Of a DNA stretch of 64,000 bases, positions 19,380-28,671 are shown piece after piece. The notes beneath the pieces were generated by a model. That model saw nothing but the letters and a program-made list of their open reading frames with translations. It was not told where the DNA came from and made no database searches. Where the stretch lies: contig CAWBGA010000004.1 in NCBI GenBank assembly GCA_963788195.1, positions 32,001-96,000 of the forward strand, written 5' to 3'. The DNA is from Nitrospirota bacterium. Its GTDB lineage: Bacteria > Nitrospirota > Nitrospiria > Nitrospirales > NS-4. Within the stretch, counting starts at the first letter, position 1, and each line of letters starts with the position of its first letter. The translations under genes were made by a program, and so were the position numbers.

Positions 19380-20261
19380 ATGGATCAAGCGGTAGTGACA
19401 CCCAGCCATGTAACCCCGGCGCCGGCACTGGTGGGATCTCCTTTGCCTTCCATTGTGATCGAGGCGCGCAGGAGTCTATGGGACCTGAATCTTAAAGAAA
19501 TCTGGCACTACCGAGAGCTTTTATACTTCTTGGTGTGGCGCGATGTGAAAGTTCGTTATAAACAGACCTCCATTGGCGTTACGTGGGCGGTACTCCAGCC
19601 ACTGCTCACGATGATGATCTTCACGCTGGTCTTCAGCTACCTTGCAAAAATCCCGTCGGACGGCGTTCCATATCCTATTTTTGCTTACGCCGCTCTGCTG
19701 CCATGGACGTATTTCTCCCATGCCATCGGGCGATGTGCCTCGAGCGTCATAGGAGATGCCGGTCTAATTACAAAGGTGTATTTCCCGCGTTTGATCATCC
19801 CGTTGGCCGCTGTCATCCCTGCACTCTTCGATTTCTGTTGGTCGCTGTTAATCCTCTGCGGCATGATGGTGTGGTACGGAATAGCACCGACGTGGGGTCT
19901 ATTGGCGGCGCCCGCATTTCTCTTCCTGGCACTCCTGACGGCATTGGGCGTAGGGTTGTGGCTTTCAGCGTTGAATGTGCGATACCGCGACGTTAACCAT
20001 GTCGTGCCATTCGTAATTCAAATTTGGATGTTCGCATCGCCGATCGTCTACCCAGTAAGCCTGGTCCCAGAGAAGTGGCGATTACTTTATAGCCTGAATC
20101 CTATGGTAGGAGTCATCGAAGGGTTCCGCTGGGGCGTACTCGGCAAGGCCTTTCCCGATCCTATGGTTCTTGGGATCAGCAGTTTTATGGTTCTTGCCGT
20201 GCTTGCGGGTGGTCTTGTCTTTTTTAAGCGTATGGAAAAAACCTTCGCGGACGACATTTGA
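19380..20261 (+). CDS. wzm: ABC transporter permease (Wzm)
   Basis: WHYRELLYFLVWRDVKVRYKQT.IG..WA.LQP; KVYFPR; LSALNVRYRD; SPIVYP; LNPM...IEGFR; E..FAD. Confidence 0.95.
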   Translation: MDQAVVTPSHVTPAPALVGSPLPSIVIEARRSLWDLNLKEIWHYRELLYFLVWRDVKVRYKQTSIGVTWAVLQPLLTMMIFTLVFSYLAKIPSDGVPYPIFAYAALLPWTYFSHAIGRCASSVIGDAGLITKVYFPRLIIPLAAVIPALFDFCWSLLILCGMMVWYGIAPTWGLLAAPAFLFLALLTALGVGLWLSALNVRYRDVNHVVPFVIQIWMFASPIVYPVSLVPEKWRLLYSLNPMVGVIEGFRWGVLGKAFPDPMVLGISSFMVLAVLAGGLVFFKRMEKTFADDI

Positions 20262-21517
20262 TGAGTAACCTTTCGATTCGGGTCCACAATCTGTCGAAAC
20301 AGTATGCGATTGGAACGGCGAAAAACCGCCATGACACCTTGCGTGACCAGTTGATGGAGCGTCTGACAGGAATCTTTCAGCGCAATGGCAAATCACGAAA
20401 TAGGGATCATAGCATCTGGGCTTTGCAAGACGTCTCATTTGAAGTTAAACAAGGCGAAGTTCTCGGCATTATCGGACGCAACGGCGCGGGTAAAAGCACG
20501 TTGCTTAAGATTCTTTCACGTGTTACCGAGCCGACAACAGGACGGGCAGAAGTGTACGGTCGAATCGCTTCACTCTTGGAGGTAGGTACCGGCTTTCATG
20601 CAGAACTAACCGGGCGGGAAAATATTTTCCTCAATGGAGCGATCCTAGGCATGAAGAAGCGGGAAATCGAAGGTAAGTTCGACGAGATCGTGGCCTTTGC
20701 TGAAATCGAGAAGTTTCTAGATACTCCTGTGAAGCGATATTCGAGTGGCATGTACGTCCGTCTTGCCTTCGCGGTCGCCGCTCATCTGGAGCCGGAAATT
20801 CTCATCGTGGATGAAGTGCTTGCGGTCGGTGACGCGGCGTTCCAGAAAAAATGTCTTGGACAGATGGAGCACGTCGCTAACACCGGGCGGACTGTCATAT
20901 TTGTCAGCCACAATCTCGGAGCCCTGCTCCAGCTATGCCCCCAGTCAATCTTGTTGAATGAGGGTCGGATCGTGGCTGCCGGGTCGTCGAAAGAGGTGTC
21001 TGACAGGTATTTGTCGATCGTGTTTTCGCCCGATCAGGCCAAGCAACCCAGGGCATCCGTGGAGAGGAAGCCGGACGATCGACTACGGTTTACGGATACC
21101 TATCTTCGGAACCCATTGGGTCACGTCACCACGACACCGGTTGCCGGGGATCCGATCGACATTATCCTGGAGTTCGAAAGCTTTGAAGATCTCTCTCATG
21201 TCCGGTTTATGCTGACGCTCTTTAACCAGCAGATGGTCGCGGTCACGCACTGTAATGTCGGTGCATATGGACAGTCATTACATGTCTCTCAGGGCAAGGG
21301 CCACGTGAATTGCCATATCCCGAGACTGCCCCTGCCGATCGGGTCCTATAAAATTGCCGTTGCCGCAGCAGACGATCGAGGGACCCTAGACCTAGTCCCG
21401 TCGGCCTGCTTCTTCAATGTCGAATCGAGCCACTTTTTCCCGTCGGCCTTCGTAACGCCAATCGAGTACTCGGCCGCTCTCGTCGACCACTCCTGGAAAT
21501 TGCACGAACAACTCTGA
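20258..21517 (+). CDS. wzt: ABC transporter ATPase Wzt-1 with C-terminal Wzt_C domain
   Basis: GIIGRNGAGKSTLLK, LLEVGTGFHAELTGRENI, PVKRYSSGMYVRLAFAVAAHLEPEILIVDEVLAVGD; ~170-aa C-terminal extension. Confidence 0.95.
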   Translation: MMSNLSIRVHNLSKQYAIGTAKNRHDTLRDQLMERLTGIFQRNGKSRNRDHSIWALQDVSFEVKQGEVLGIIGRNGAGKSTLLKILSRVTEPTTGRAEVYGRIASLLEVGTGFHAELTGRENIFLNGAILGMKKREIEGKFDEIVAFAEIEKFLDTPVKRYSSGMYVRLAFAVAAHLEPEILIVDEVLAVGDAAFQKKCLGQMEHVANTGRTVIFVSHNLGALLQLCPQSILLNEGRIVAAGSSKEVSDRYLSIVFSPDQAKQPRASVERKPDDRLRFTDTYLRNPLGHVTTTPVAGDPIDIILEFESFEDLSHVRFMLTLFNQQMVAVTHCNVGAYGQSLHVSQGKGHVNCHIPRLPLPIGSYKIAVAAADDRGTLDLVPSACFFNVESSHFFPSAFVTPIEYSAALVDHSWKLHEQL

Positions 21518-21558
21518 AGATCTGGGAGTAATCGCCGGAGAGGCGAGGAGAACCCGCG

Positions 21559-23370
21559 GTGGCAAATATTCTTATCGTCGTCGATCCTGACCCGGATCGC
21601 CGTTCACAATTCATCAGGGCGGTTATGCCGCTGTTGCCCATTGTTCCCGGGCTGCGGACCGCGGCCTGTGCCAGCGGCGATTTTTGTGCGGTGTGGGCGG
21701 CGTCGATGCGAGCACCTATCAGCGTGGTAGATGACAACGACGGTGCTGCCGTCCTATGGGGAGATGCGATTTTGGGACCGGGCCCGGAAAGAGCCCAAGC
21801 GCATGAGCTGAGGCGGGTCTGGGATAATTGTGCGGAGGAGCTCCCAGCTCCTTTCGATGGATTCCATGCCGGTGTTGTGTACCGGCCTGAGGCTGGTGTC
21901 ACGGTGGGCGCTGACCTCCTCGGCATCTTCCCCATTTATTACTATGCGGCCGACACGGTGCTCCTCGTGGGGTCAAGCCCCGAGCTGTTCCGATATCATC
22001 CCTCTTTTCTGATGAAATTTAATCCTGCCGCTCTCGTAGGGATGCTGCTCCTGATGCACCCGCTGGGGGGCGACACTCTCTTTCAAGGTGTCCGGCGTCT
22101 TGCCGCCGGCCATCTGCTTTCTTGGCGACCTGGCGAGCCTCCAAAAGAGGCCAGGCAATACCAGGTTCCGGTATCAGAGCGGTATTTCGATCTTCCTTTC
22201 TCAGCACAGGTGCAAATTCTCGATGATACGTTGGATGAGGCTGTAGCCCGGCACGCCCCTGCAGGTAAGGAATACGGCCTGATGCTCTCAGGCGGGCGGG
22301 ACTCTCGAATGTTAGGTGGTTATCTCAAACGCAGGCATACCGAGGTCGAGGCTCTCACCCTTGGAAACTCTCCCTTTGAGTATGATCTGGAAATTGCCCG
22401 GTCAGTGGCTGGGATCTTAGGCTTTGAACACCATTCTGGAACGGTTCTACAGGACCAGTATCCGCACTATGCGGAACTGCATGCCCGCTGGACCCACGGC
22501 TTGTGTGGATTCAACCAGATCATGTTTTGGGGTGTCCATTCGCATCTGAGGGAGCTGCCCCCTTATGTGGTGATGGGCTATGTTATGGATGCAATCCTGG
22601 GAGGCACCCACATTGACTGGGCCTATAGCCCCTCGGCCAAAGCCATGTCTTTCGAGGCGTTTTTCGGCGAGATCAACCGTTCTGGTTTCCATCCTGATAT
22701 TCTGCAGAAAGTTCTCCGACCCGAAATCTTCACCGGGATGATTGAAGAGGCGCTCGCTCGCATTCGTTCTACTTTTGACGGCTATGCTAGTCTGGAATCA
22801 CAGCGTGCCTGGTGCTTCGACCTCTATCACCGGCAGCGGTTTTTTATCGGCAGTCTCATATGGCAAGCTTCGTTTGGCGCATGGCCAATCCTTCCGGCTG
22901 TTGACCAAGAGGTGCTTGCGGTTGTCGGCGGCATGCCGGCATCCACGATCGCGGAACGCCGAGCGCAAGATGAACTCCTGCTCAGTCGGTTCCCGGATCT
23001 GGCCGCGCTTCCCCTGGAGACGAGCCCATCCCATCCTGATCCCCTTCAGCCGAGATTTCGTTGGCGGCTCCGGCGCTGTCTAGAGGATCGATTGCCGCTC
23101 ATTCGGCGATTACAACAATTCCGTGACTCTCGAAAGGGAGAACGTAACTTCTATTACGGTTTGTGGAACGTCAATGGACCGGGGTGGTCAAATGTGCGGC
23201 GACTGGCCGATAGTAACCGTGATCGGGTTCTAGAATTCTTCCAAAAAGATTTCTTCGAGACACTTCTGCCGGCGCCGCATGTCCCTCTACACTTCGAAGA
23301 GCCAATCATGGGGGCGTCAGGAGTAAAATCACTGCTTGGGTTTTTATTGTGGTCAAGGGACCACCTATGA
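21559..23370 (+). CDS. Asparagine synthase-related protein lacking the N-terminal catalytic Cys
   Basis: D.LG.FPIYY, TLFQGVRRL..GH.L, PP-loop LMLSGGRDSR; N-terminus MANILIV rather than MCGI. Confidence 0.75.
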   Translation: MANILIVVDPDPDRRSQFIRAVMPLLPIVPGLRTAACASGDFCAVWAASMRAPISVVDDNDGAAVLWGDAILGPGPERAQAHELRRVWDNCAEELPAPFDGFHAGVVYRPEAGVTVGADLLGIFPIYYYAADTVLLVGSSPELFRYHPSFLMKFNPAALVGMLLLMHPLGGDTLFQGVRRLAAGHLLSWRPGEPPKEARQYQVPVSERYFDLPFSAQVQILDDTLDEAVARHAPAGKEYGLMLSGGRDSRMLGGYLKRRHTEVEALTLGNSPFEYDLEIARSVAGILGFEHHSGTVLQDQYPHYAELHARWTHGLCGFNQIMFWGVHSHLRELPPYVVMGYVMDAILGGTHIDWAYSPSAKAMSFEAFFGEINRSGFHPDILQKVLRPEIFTGMIEEALARIRSTFDGYASLESQRAWCFDLYHRQRFFIGSLIWQASFGAWPILPAVDQEVLAVVGGMPASTIAERRAQDELLLSRFPDLAALPLETSPSHPDPLQPRFRWRLRRCLEDRLPLIRRLQQFRDSRKGERNFYYGLWNVNGPGWSNVRRLADSNRDRVLEFFQKDFFETLLPAPHVPLHFEEPIMGASGVKSLLGFLLWSRDHL

Positions 23371-23395
23371 GCCGGCACGGCGTTAGGATCTGCAT

Positions 23396-24568
23396 ATGCC
23401 CATTACGGTAAACATTCAGAAACCTCTTTCTGAAAAAGGAGATGTCGCCTCGGCCCAAATTCAGATCGGTCAAAAGGATTACAAGGATTATGATGTGTGG
23501 TATCGGGCTACGAATAGCCCAGTGTCCGATGGGGCCGATACGTTTTTGGCGGCCATGCTGATGCCGGCGATGAAAGTAGGCGGACCCTTAAAAATCGATG
23601 GAAGAATATCTGCTCGTCTGCTGAGGACGATTCCTACCATTCAAGATATTCTTACCAGTTGGTGTCCTGAGCTACAAAGAGTGACAGTTGAATCGGGTGT
23701 GAGGCAAGCTCATGAGATCAGGAATGAGCGAGGAGTGGCATGCTTTTTTTCAGGAGGCGTCGATTCCTTTTATACGTATTTCAAAAACCGGGACGACATT
23801 ACACACGTGATCTTCGTCCACGGCTTTGATTTTTCATTACAAGATGAGGTGTTGCGCAATACCATCGTGACATCCATGCGGAGGGCAGCCGCCGAACTCG
23901 GTAAGCCGTTGGTAGAAGTCGAGACAAACTTCCGGGCATGCACTGATTCTTATGCCGACTGGGGATTGTATTTTGGCAGCGCGTTGGCAAGCGTCGTGCT
24001 TCTCCTTGCCCCACAATTCAAAAAAATCTACATACCCTCTTCACATTCATATTCGCATCTTCATCCTTGGGGTTCACATCCCCTACTTGACCCTTTATGG
24101 AGTACGGACGAAATAGAAATTGTGCATGATGGATGCGAAAGCGGAAGAGCGAATAAGGTTGCGTACATTGCCCAATCGGATATTGCGTTAAGCTGCCTTC
24201 GGGTGTGTTGGGAGAACCGGGAAGGAGCTTATAACTGCGGCCGATGCGAGAAATGTCTGAGGACAATGATCAGCTTGCGGGCCGCACACGCGCTTGACCG
24301 TTGCCCGACTTTCCAGGCCCCGCTTGATTTGGATTCAGTGGCGCGGCTAAATGGCGCAGATGTGAATGACAAAATCTTTCTGGAAGAAAATCTGCACGCC
24401 GTCAAAGCTGCGGGCCATGATCCTCAACTGGTTCAGGCTCTTCGCGACGCCTTAGATCGACGATATCACAGAGGAAGGCGGGAGCGGTTTCATCAGGTTG
24501 TCGACATCGTTGTAGACACGTTGTATCCCAAGAGAATACGAGGAGTATGGCGCCGGGGTCTCGGCTAA
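23396..24568 (+). CDS. Uncharacterised PP-loop (adenine nucleotide alpha hydrolase-like) protein with Cys cluster
   Basis: CFFSGGVDSF; WGSHPLLDPLWS; LRVCW...NCGRCEKCLRT. Confidence 0.65.
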   Translation: MPITVNIQKPLSEKGDVASAQIQIGQKDYKDYDVWYRATNSPVSDGADTFLAAMLMPAMKVGGPLKIDGRISARLLRTIPTIQDILTSWCPELQRVTVESGVRQAHEIRNERGVACFFSGGVDSFYTYFKNRDDITHVIFVHGFDFSLQDEVLRNTIVTSMRRAAAELGKPLVEVETNFRACTDSYADWGLYFGSALASVVLLLAPQFKKIYIPSSHSYSHLHPWGSHPLLDPLWSTDEIEIVHDGCESGRANKVAYIAQSDIALSCLRVCWENREGAYNCGRCEKCLRTMISLRAAHALDRCPTFQAPLDLDSVARLNGADVNDKIFLEENLHAVKAAGHDPQLVQALRDALDRRYHRGRRERFHQVVDIVVDTLYPKRIRGVWRRGLG

Positions 24569-24597
24569 ACGTGGTTTCACTAAGAATTAAGGGCAAG

Positions 24598-25893
24598 ATG
24601 AAACTCCTCCTCGAGCACCACTCAAACGCAAACCTTGGCGATACCGCCATGATCGAGGGAACGGTCCAAAGACTGACCGAAGTGTTACCAAACTGGGAGA
24701 TACACGTGCCTGACCGCCCCGGTCTACGGACCACACTGTGGAGTCTGCCCGGCGTGCACCGCATCAGTGATTTTTCGGTGATGCCTATGGGGCACAATCG
24801 CATAGCGCAGACGCGGTTTTTATGGCGATTCCATGGGGTTTGGAACAATTTCGTTTTTAAGGTTGCCTTGCGCTCGGTGGGAAGGTTTCATCGGGTCGGA
24901 ATACTTCCCTTGCATGATGGAGGCCGGAAGCAAGACGCAGTCAAAAGTCTTGAAAATTTCTGTCAACAGTTCGACGCCTTACATATTGTGGGGCAGAGTG
25001 GCCTGGTAGAAGTGTTCTCCGATTGTTTGTTTCAACAATGCTGCTTGATTCTCGCTTTTGCTGAGCAGCACAAACCCGTGATCATGACGGGTCAGCAATT
25101 GGGACCGCTCCCCTCAGCAATCTACCGAAAGTTAGTGTTGCGTGTGTTAAGAAGAGTGGATTTTGTCGGCTTGCGAGAGCCGACAGAATCCGTCTCCATC
25201 TGTCAGGAGGCACAGTTGCCACCACAACGCTTTGAAGTCATGGGAGACGACTCGTTCGGAATGCCGCCCGCGCCGGATGAGCACGTTGTTTTTCTATTAA
25301 ACCAATATGGATTGAAAGAACATGCCTTCCTTGCGGTGAATGTCCGATTCGCATCCTATACCGAGGAGCATCGGAGTCATCTACAAAAAATTGCCGCAAT
25401 CATTGTAAAAGTTTCGAGAAATATCGGAATGCCGATTGTGATTGTGCCGATTTCTCTCAACGAAATGGACTCGGACATTCGTGCCGGAAAAGAGTTGCGT
25501 GAAGCTCTAGGCGCCCGAGATGCACGGATCATTGATAATGAGGATCTTACCTCTGCGCTTATTAAGGGTGTGCTCGGGAAAGCATTCGGCGCGGTCTGCG
25601 TCTCCTATCATGCGTGCACATTCGCATTAAGTCAGAGCGTCCCTGCCATTTGCATGTACGACGGAACCTACTATGGGCAGAAGGCGCGTGGGATTTGCGC
25701 ATATTGGGGAGATAATCGCCTCGGCATTGATCTCAAAGAGGTCAATGTTGGTTTAGCGGCGAACCAAATTCTCGATGTGTTGAATGATGAGGCGCTGCGG
25801 AAGAAACTGAAAACACTTTCCCACAAGGTTATCGCACAATGGCAAAGGATCTTTGATCGTCGGGTCCGGGACATTTTCGGCAATGTCGCCTGA
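24598..25893 (+). CDS. Polysaccharide pyruvyl transferase family protein (WcaK-like)
   Basis: NLGDTAMI, GQQLGP, VGLREPTES, GDD.F, SYHACTFAL, YY..K..G. Confidence 0.8.
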   Translation: MKLLLEHHSNANLGDTAMIEGTVQRLTEVLPNWEIHVPDRPGLRTTLWSLPGVHRISDFSVMPMGHNRIAQTRFLWRFHGVWNNFVFKVALRSVGRFHRVGILPLHDGGRKQDAVKSLENFCQQFDALHIVGQSGLVEVFSDCLFQQCCLILAFAEQHKPVIMTGQQLGPLPSAIYRKLVLRVLRRVDFVGLREPTESVSICQEAQLPPQRFEVMGDDSFGMPPAPDEHVVFLLNQYGLKEHAFLAVNVRFASYTEEHRSHLQKIAAIIVKVSRNIGMPIVIVPISLNEMDSDIRAGKELREALGARDARIIDNEDLTSALIKGVLGKAFGAVCVSYHACTFALSQSVPAICMYDGTYYGQKARGICAYWGDNRLGIDLKEVNVGLAANQILDVLNDEALRKKLKTLSHKVIAQWQRIFDRRVRDIFGNVA

Positions 25894-25924
25894 CCATGAG
25901 CCGTATGCGTCGGTTCGAGCATAA

Positions 25925-26977
25925 ATGAATGCCAGTGGTTTCAAATACAAGCCCAGAATGTTAGGAACAGCAAGGCTAGCACAATGGATACGCAATCGGA
26001 TTGTCGGAAAACCTGTCATCCTCCTATATCATCGCATTGCTTCGGTCACTCCGGATCCTTGGGACTTATGCGTGACTCCCGAGCACTTTGCCGAGCAGCT
26101 TTCGGTTTTGAAAAATAAGATGCAGGTACTACCGCTGCAGCAACTTATGCATGCACCTCGAAGGGGAGTGTCAAGACCATTAGTCAGTGTGACTTTCGAT
26201 GATGGATATAGCGATAATCTCTACAATGCTAAACCATTGCTTGAAAAATTTGGCGTCCCCGCGACGGTGTTTGCTGTCAGCGGCCAGCTCACGGACACAC
26301 GTGAATTTTGGTGGGATGAACTCGAGAAGATTCTGCTGCGTCCAGGGAAGGTTCCGCCAATACTTCAGCTAACTCTTGGCGGCAAAGCTTACGAGTGGCA
26401 GTTAGGAGAGGCCGAGAATTGCGCTCAGTCATCTTCCGAGCATTTACATTGGAAGGCCTCGGGCAAAGAAGATCCGACGAAGCGTCACGGTTTGTATCGC
26501 GCCCTATATCCGTTGCTCCAACGGCTCCTACCCGATGAACGACGGAAAGTAATGGACGCGCTGCTTGAATGGTCGGACGCTCCTGTGGAGGCGAGGGCCT
26601 CCCACCGTTCGCTGACATCGGACGAGCTTCAAAGTCTTGGTAAAGATGGTCTTGTGGAGATTGGTGCTCACACGGTGACCCACCCGGTGCTTTCCGCACT
26701 ACCGGTCCCACTACAACGGCAGGAGATCGCACAAAGCAAAGTCGACTTAGAGGAGGTGCTGGGACGACCTATAACTTCTTTTGCCTATCCCCACGGCGGT
26801 CGGTCCCATTACACCCTGGAGACAGTTGATGTTGTGAAGCAAACTGGATTCGGTTGCGCGTGCTCAGCGTTCGGAGGTTTCGTGCAACGAGACACTGACT
26901 GGTTACAAGTACCGCGCTACGCGGTCCCGGATCTCGGCGGAGAGGGGTTCGCCCAATGGCTGCACACGCTTTCTTAG
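25925..26977 (+). CDS. Polysaccharide deacetylase (NodB/CE4)
   Basis: LLYHRI, VTFDDGYSDN, PATVF, FWWDEL, EIGAHTVTHP.L, FAYPHG. Confidence 0.92.
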   Translation: MNASGFKYKPRMLGTARLAQWIRNRIVGKPVILLYHRIASVTPDPWDLCVTPEHFAEQLSVLKNKMQVLPLQQLMHAPRRGVSRPLVSVTFDDGYSDNLYNAKPLLEKFGVPATVFAVSGQLTDTREFWWDELEKILLRPGKVPPILQLTLGGKAYEWQLGEAENCAQSSSEHLHWKASGKEDPTKRHGLYRALYPLLQRLLPDERRKVMDALLEWSDAPVEARASHRSLTSDELQSLGKDGLVEIGAHTVTHPVLSALPVPLQRQEIAQSKVDLEEVLGRPITSFAYPHGGRSHYTLETVDVVKQTGFGCACSAFGGFVQRDTDWLQVPRYAVPDLGGEGFAQWLHTLS

Positions 26978-27006
26978 AGACGGATTCTTTGGCGTCGGCA
27001 CAAAGG

Positions 27007-28671
27007 ATGAATCGCGCAGAAGAGATCCCTTCCGTATCAGTGATTATTCCCTGCTACAACCACGCGCGGTTTTTAGGAGAAGCCGTTGAAAGTGTTTCTC
27101 ACCAGACATACCGGCATTTTGAGATTATCGTCGTAGATGATGGCTCAACAGACGAGAGCGCTCAGATCGCCGCTCAGTATGACGGCCTTCGTTATGTCCG
27201 GCAAATGAACCAGGGGCTTGCCGCAGCGCGCAATACCGGGCTTCGGGAGAGCAAGGGTGAATATCTAGTATTTCTCGATGCCGATGATCGGCTCCGCCCG
27301 GAAGCTTTGGAGATAGGGGTCCACTACCTAAAAACTCATCCGGAATGTGGCTTCGTGTTTGGGCGCTTCATCAATATCGCCGCCGATGGTTCACCGATTG
27401 GTGATTCGCCGGCACCCTGGTGGCCGGACGACGAGCCCTATGCGACCTTGCTGCGCCGCAACTCTATAGCCATGCACGCCACGGTGATGTATAGCCGCGA
27501 TGCGATTGAGTCTTCCGGAGGCTTCAATCCTTCGCTCAAGGCCTGCGAGGACTATGATCTCTATCTTCGACTTGTTCGGCGATATCCAGTCAAGTGTCAC
27601 GATACTGTCGTGGCGGAGTACCGGCGGCACGCCACAAGCATGTCACAAGACCACGCGCTTATGTTGCGATCTGCCGTGAGTGTTCTCAGAGCACAACGAA
27701 TATATCTGGGGAAACATCAGGCATACAGCGAAGCCTACAAGGCTGGCACAGGGTTCTGGCAAATGCTCTACGGGGAACCATTGGCAGAGGAAGTGATAGG
27801 CCGACTGAAAGCCCGCCAATGGAAGCAGGTTGCCCACGGGTTCATTGTGCTCCTGAGGTACTATCCGAAAGGCTTTATGCTATGCGTGTCTCGCGGGGTT
27901 CGGAAAACTGTCAAGAGCCTATCCGAGCGGACACGGATGTTAATCCGCTCTGCACGTGGTGGGGGGGATAAGGCTCGGCGGCGTGTCCCCTCCGTGGGTA
28001 ACGTCCGTTTCGGGAGCTTACGTCGTGTGACCCCCATCAGCCGGGCGTGGGGTTTCGATCGCGGGTGTCCGGTCGATCGCTATTACATTGAACAGTTTCT
28101 TTCCCTTCATCGTGAAAACATACGAGGCCGGGTCTTAGAGATAGGTGACGATAGTTACACACGGGCATATGGCGGCAATCGTGTTATGCAATCCGATGTC
28201 CTGCACGTAACAGCCGATAATCCTAAGGCAACATTCGTAGGTGATCTGGTGAATGCTGACCACATCCCCTCCGATGCTTTCGATTGCGTCATTCTCACCC
28301 AAACCCTGCATCTGATTTACGATATGCGCGATGCCGTTCGAACGTTGCATCGCATCCTGAAGCCCGAAGGCGTGCTGCTTGCGACAGTCCCTGGGATCAC
28401 GCAAATCTGCCACGCGGATCGTTGGAGTGAATCCTGGTACTGGAGCCTCACAACTCTGTCCGCGCGAAAATTGTTCGAGGAGGTCTTTCAAGGCCCGAGC
28501 GTCACGGTAGACTCATACGGGAATGTGCTCGCTGCGACCGCTTTTCTGCAGGGGTTGTCCGAGCAAGAGCTTCGACCAGAGGAGCTTGATTTTAGGGACA
28601 TGGACTATCAGTTGATCGTGACGATTAAGGCAATGAAAACACTCGCGTTGCGGACTACATCTCATGAGTGA
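27007..28671 (+). CDS. GT2 glycosyltransferase fused to a C-terminal SAM methyltransferase
   Basis: VSVIIPCYN, VVDDGSTD, ARNTG, FLDADD, EDYDLYLR; then GFDRGCPVDRYYIE..GRVLEIGD..FDCVILTQTL..LKPEGVLLATVPG. Confidence 0.9.
   Translation: MNRAEEIPSVSVIIPCYNHARFLGEAVESVSHQTYRHFEIIVVDDGSTDESAQIAAQYDGLRYVRQMNQGLAAARNTGLRESKGEYLVFLDADDRLRPEALEIGVHYLKTHPECGFVFGRFINIAADGSPIGDSPAPWWPDDEPYATLLRRNSIAMHATVMYSRDAIESSGGFNPSLKACEDYDLYLRLVRRYPVKCHDTVVAEYRRHATSMSQDHALMLRSAVSVLRAQRIYLGKHQAYSEAYKAGTGFWQMLYGEPLAEEVIGRLKARQWKQVAHGFIVLLRYYPKGFMLCVSRGVRKTVKSLSERTRMLIRSARGGGDKARRRVPSVGNVRFGSLRRVTPISRAWGFDRGCPVDRYYIEQFLSLHRENIRGRVLEIGDDSYTRAYGGNRVMQSDVLHVTADNPKATFVGDLVNADHIPSDAFDCVILTQTLHLIYDMRDAVRTLHRILKPEGVLLATVPGITQICHADRWSESWYWSLTTLSARKLFEEVFQGPSVTVDSYGNVLAATAFLQGLSEQELRPEELDFRDMDYQLIVTIKAMKTLALRTTSHE

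Noticed and set aside
21559..23370. Lasso-peptide cyclase (Cys-less AsnB homologue)
   Set aside because: No precursor peptide, RRE/PqqD or B2 protease gene nearby; the context is glycan biosynthesis
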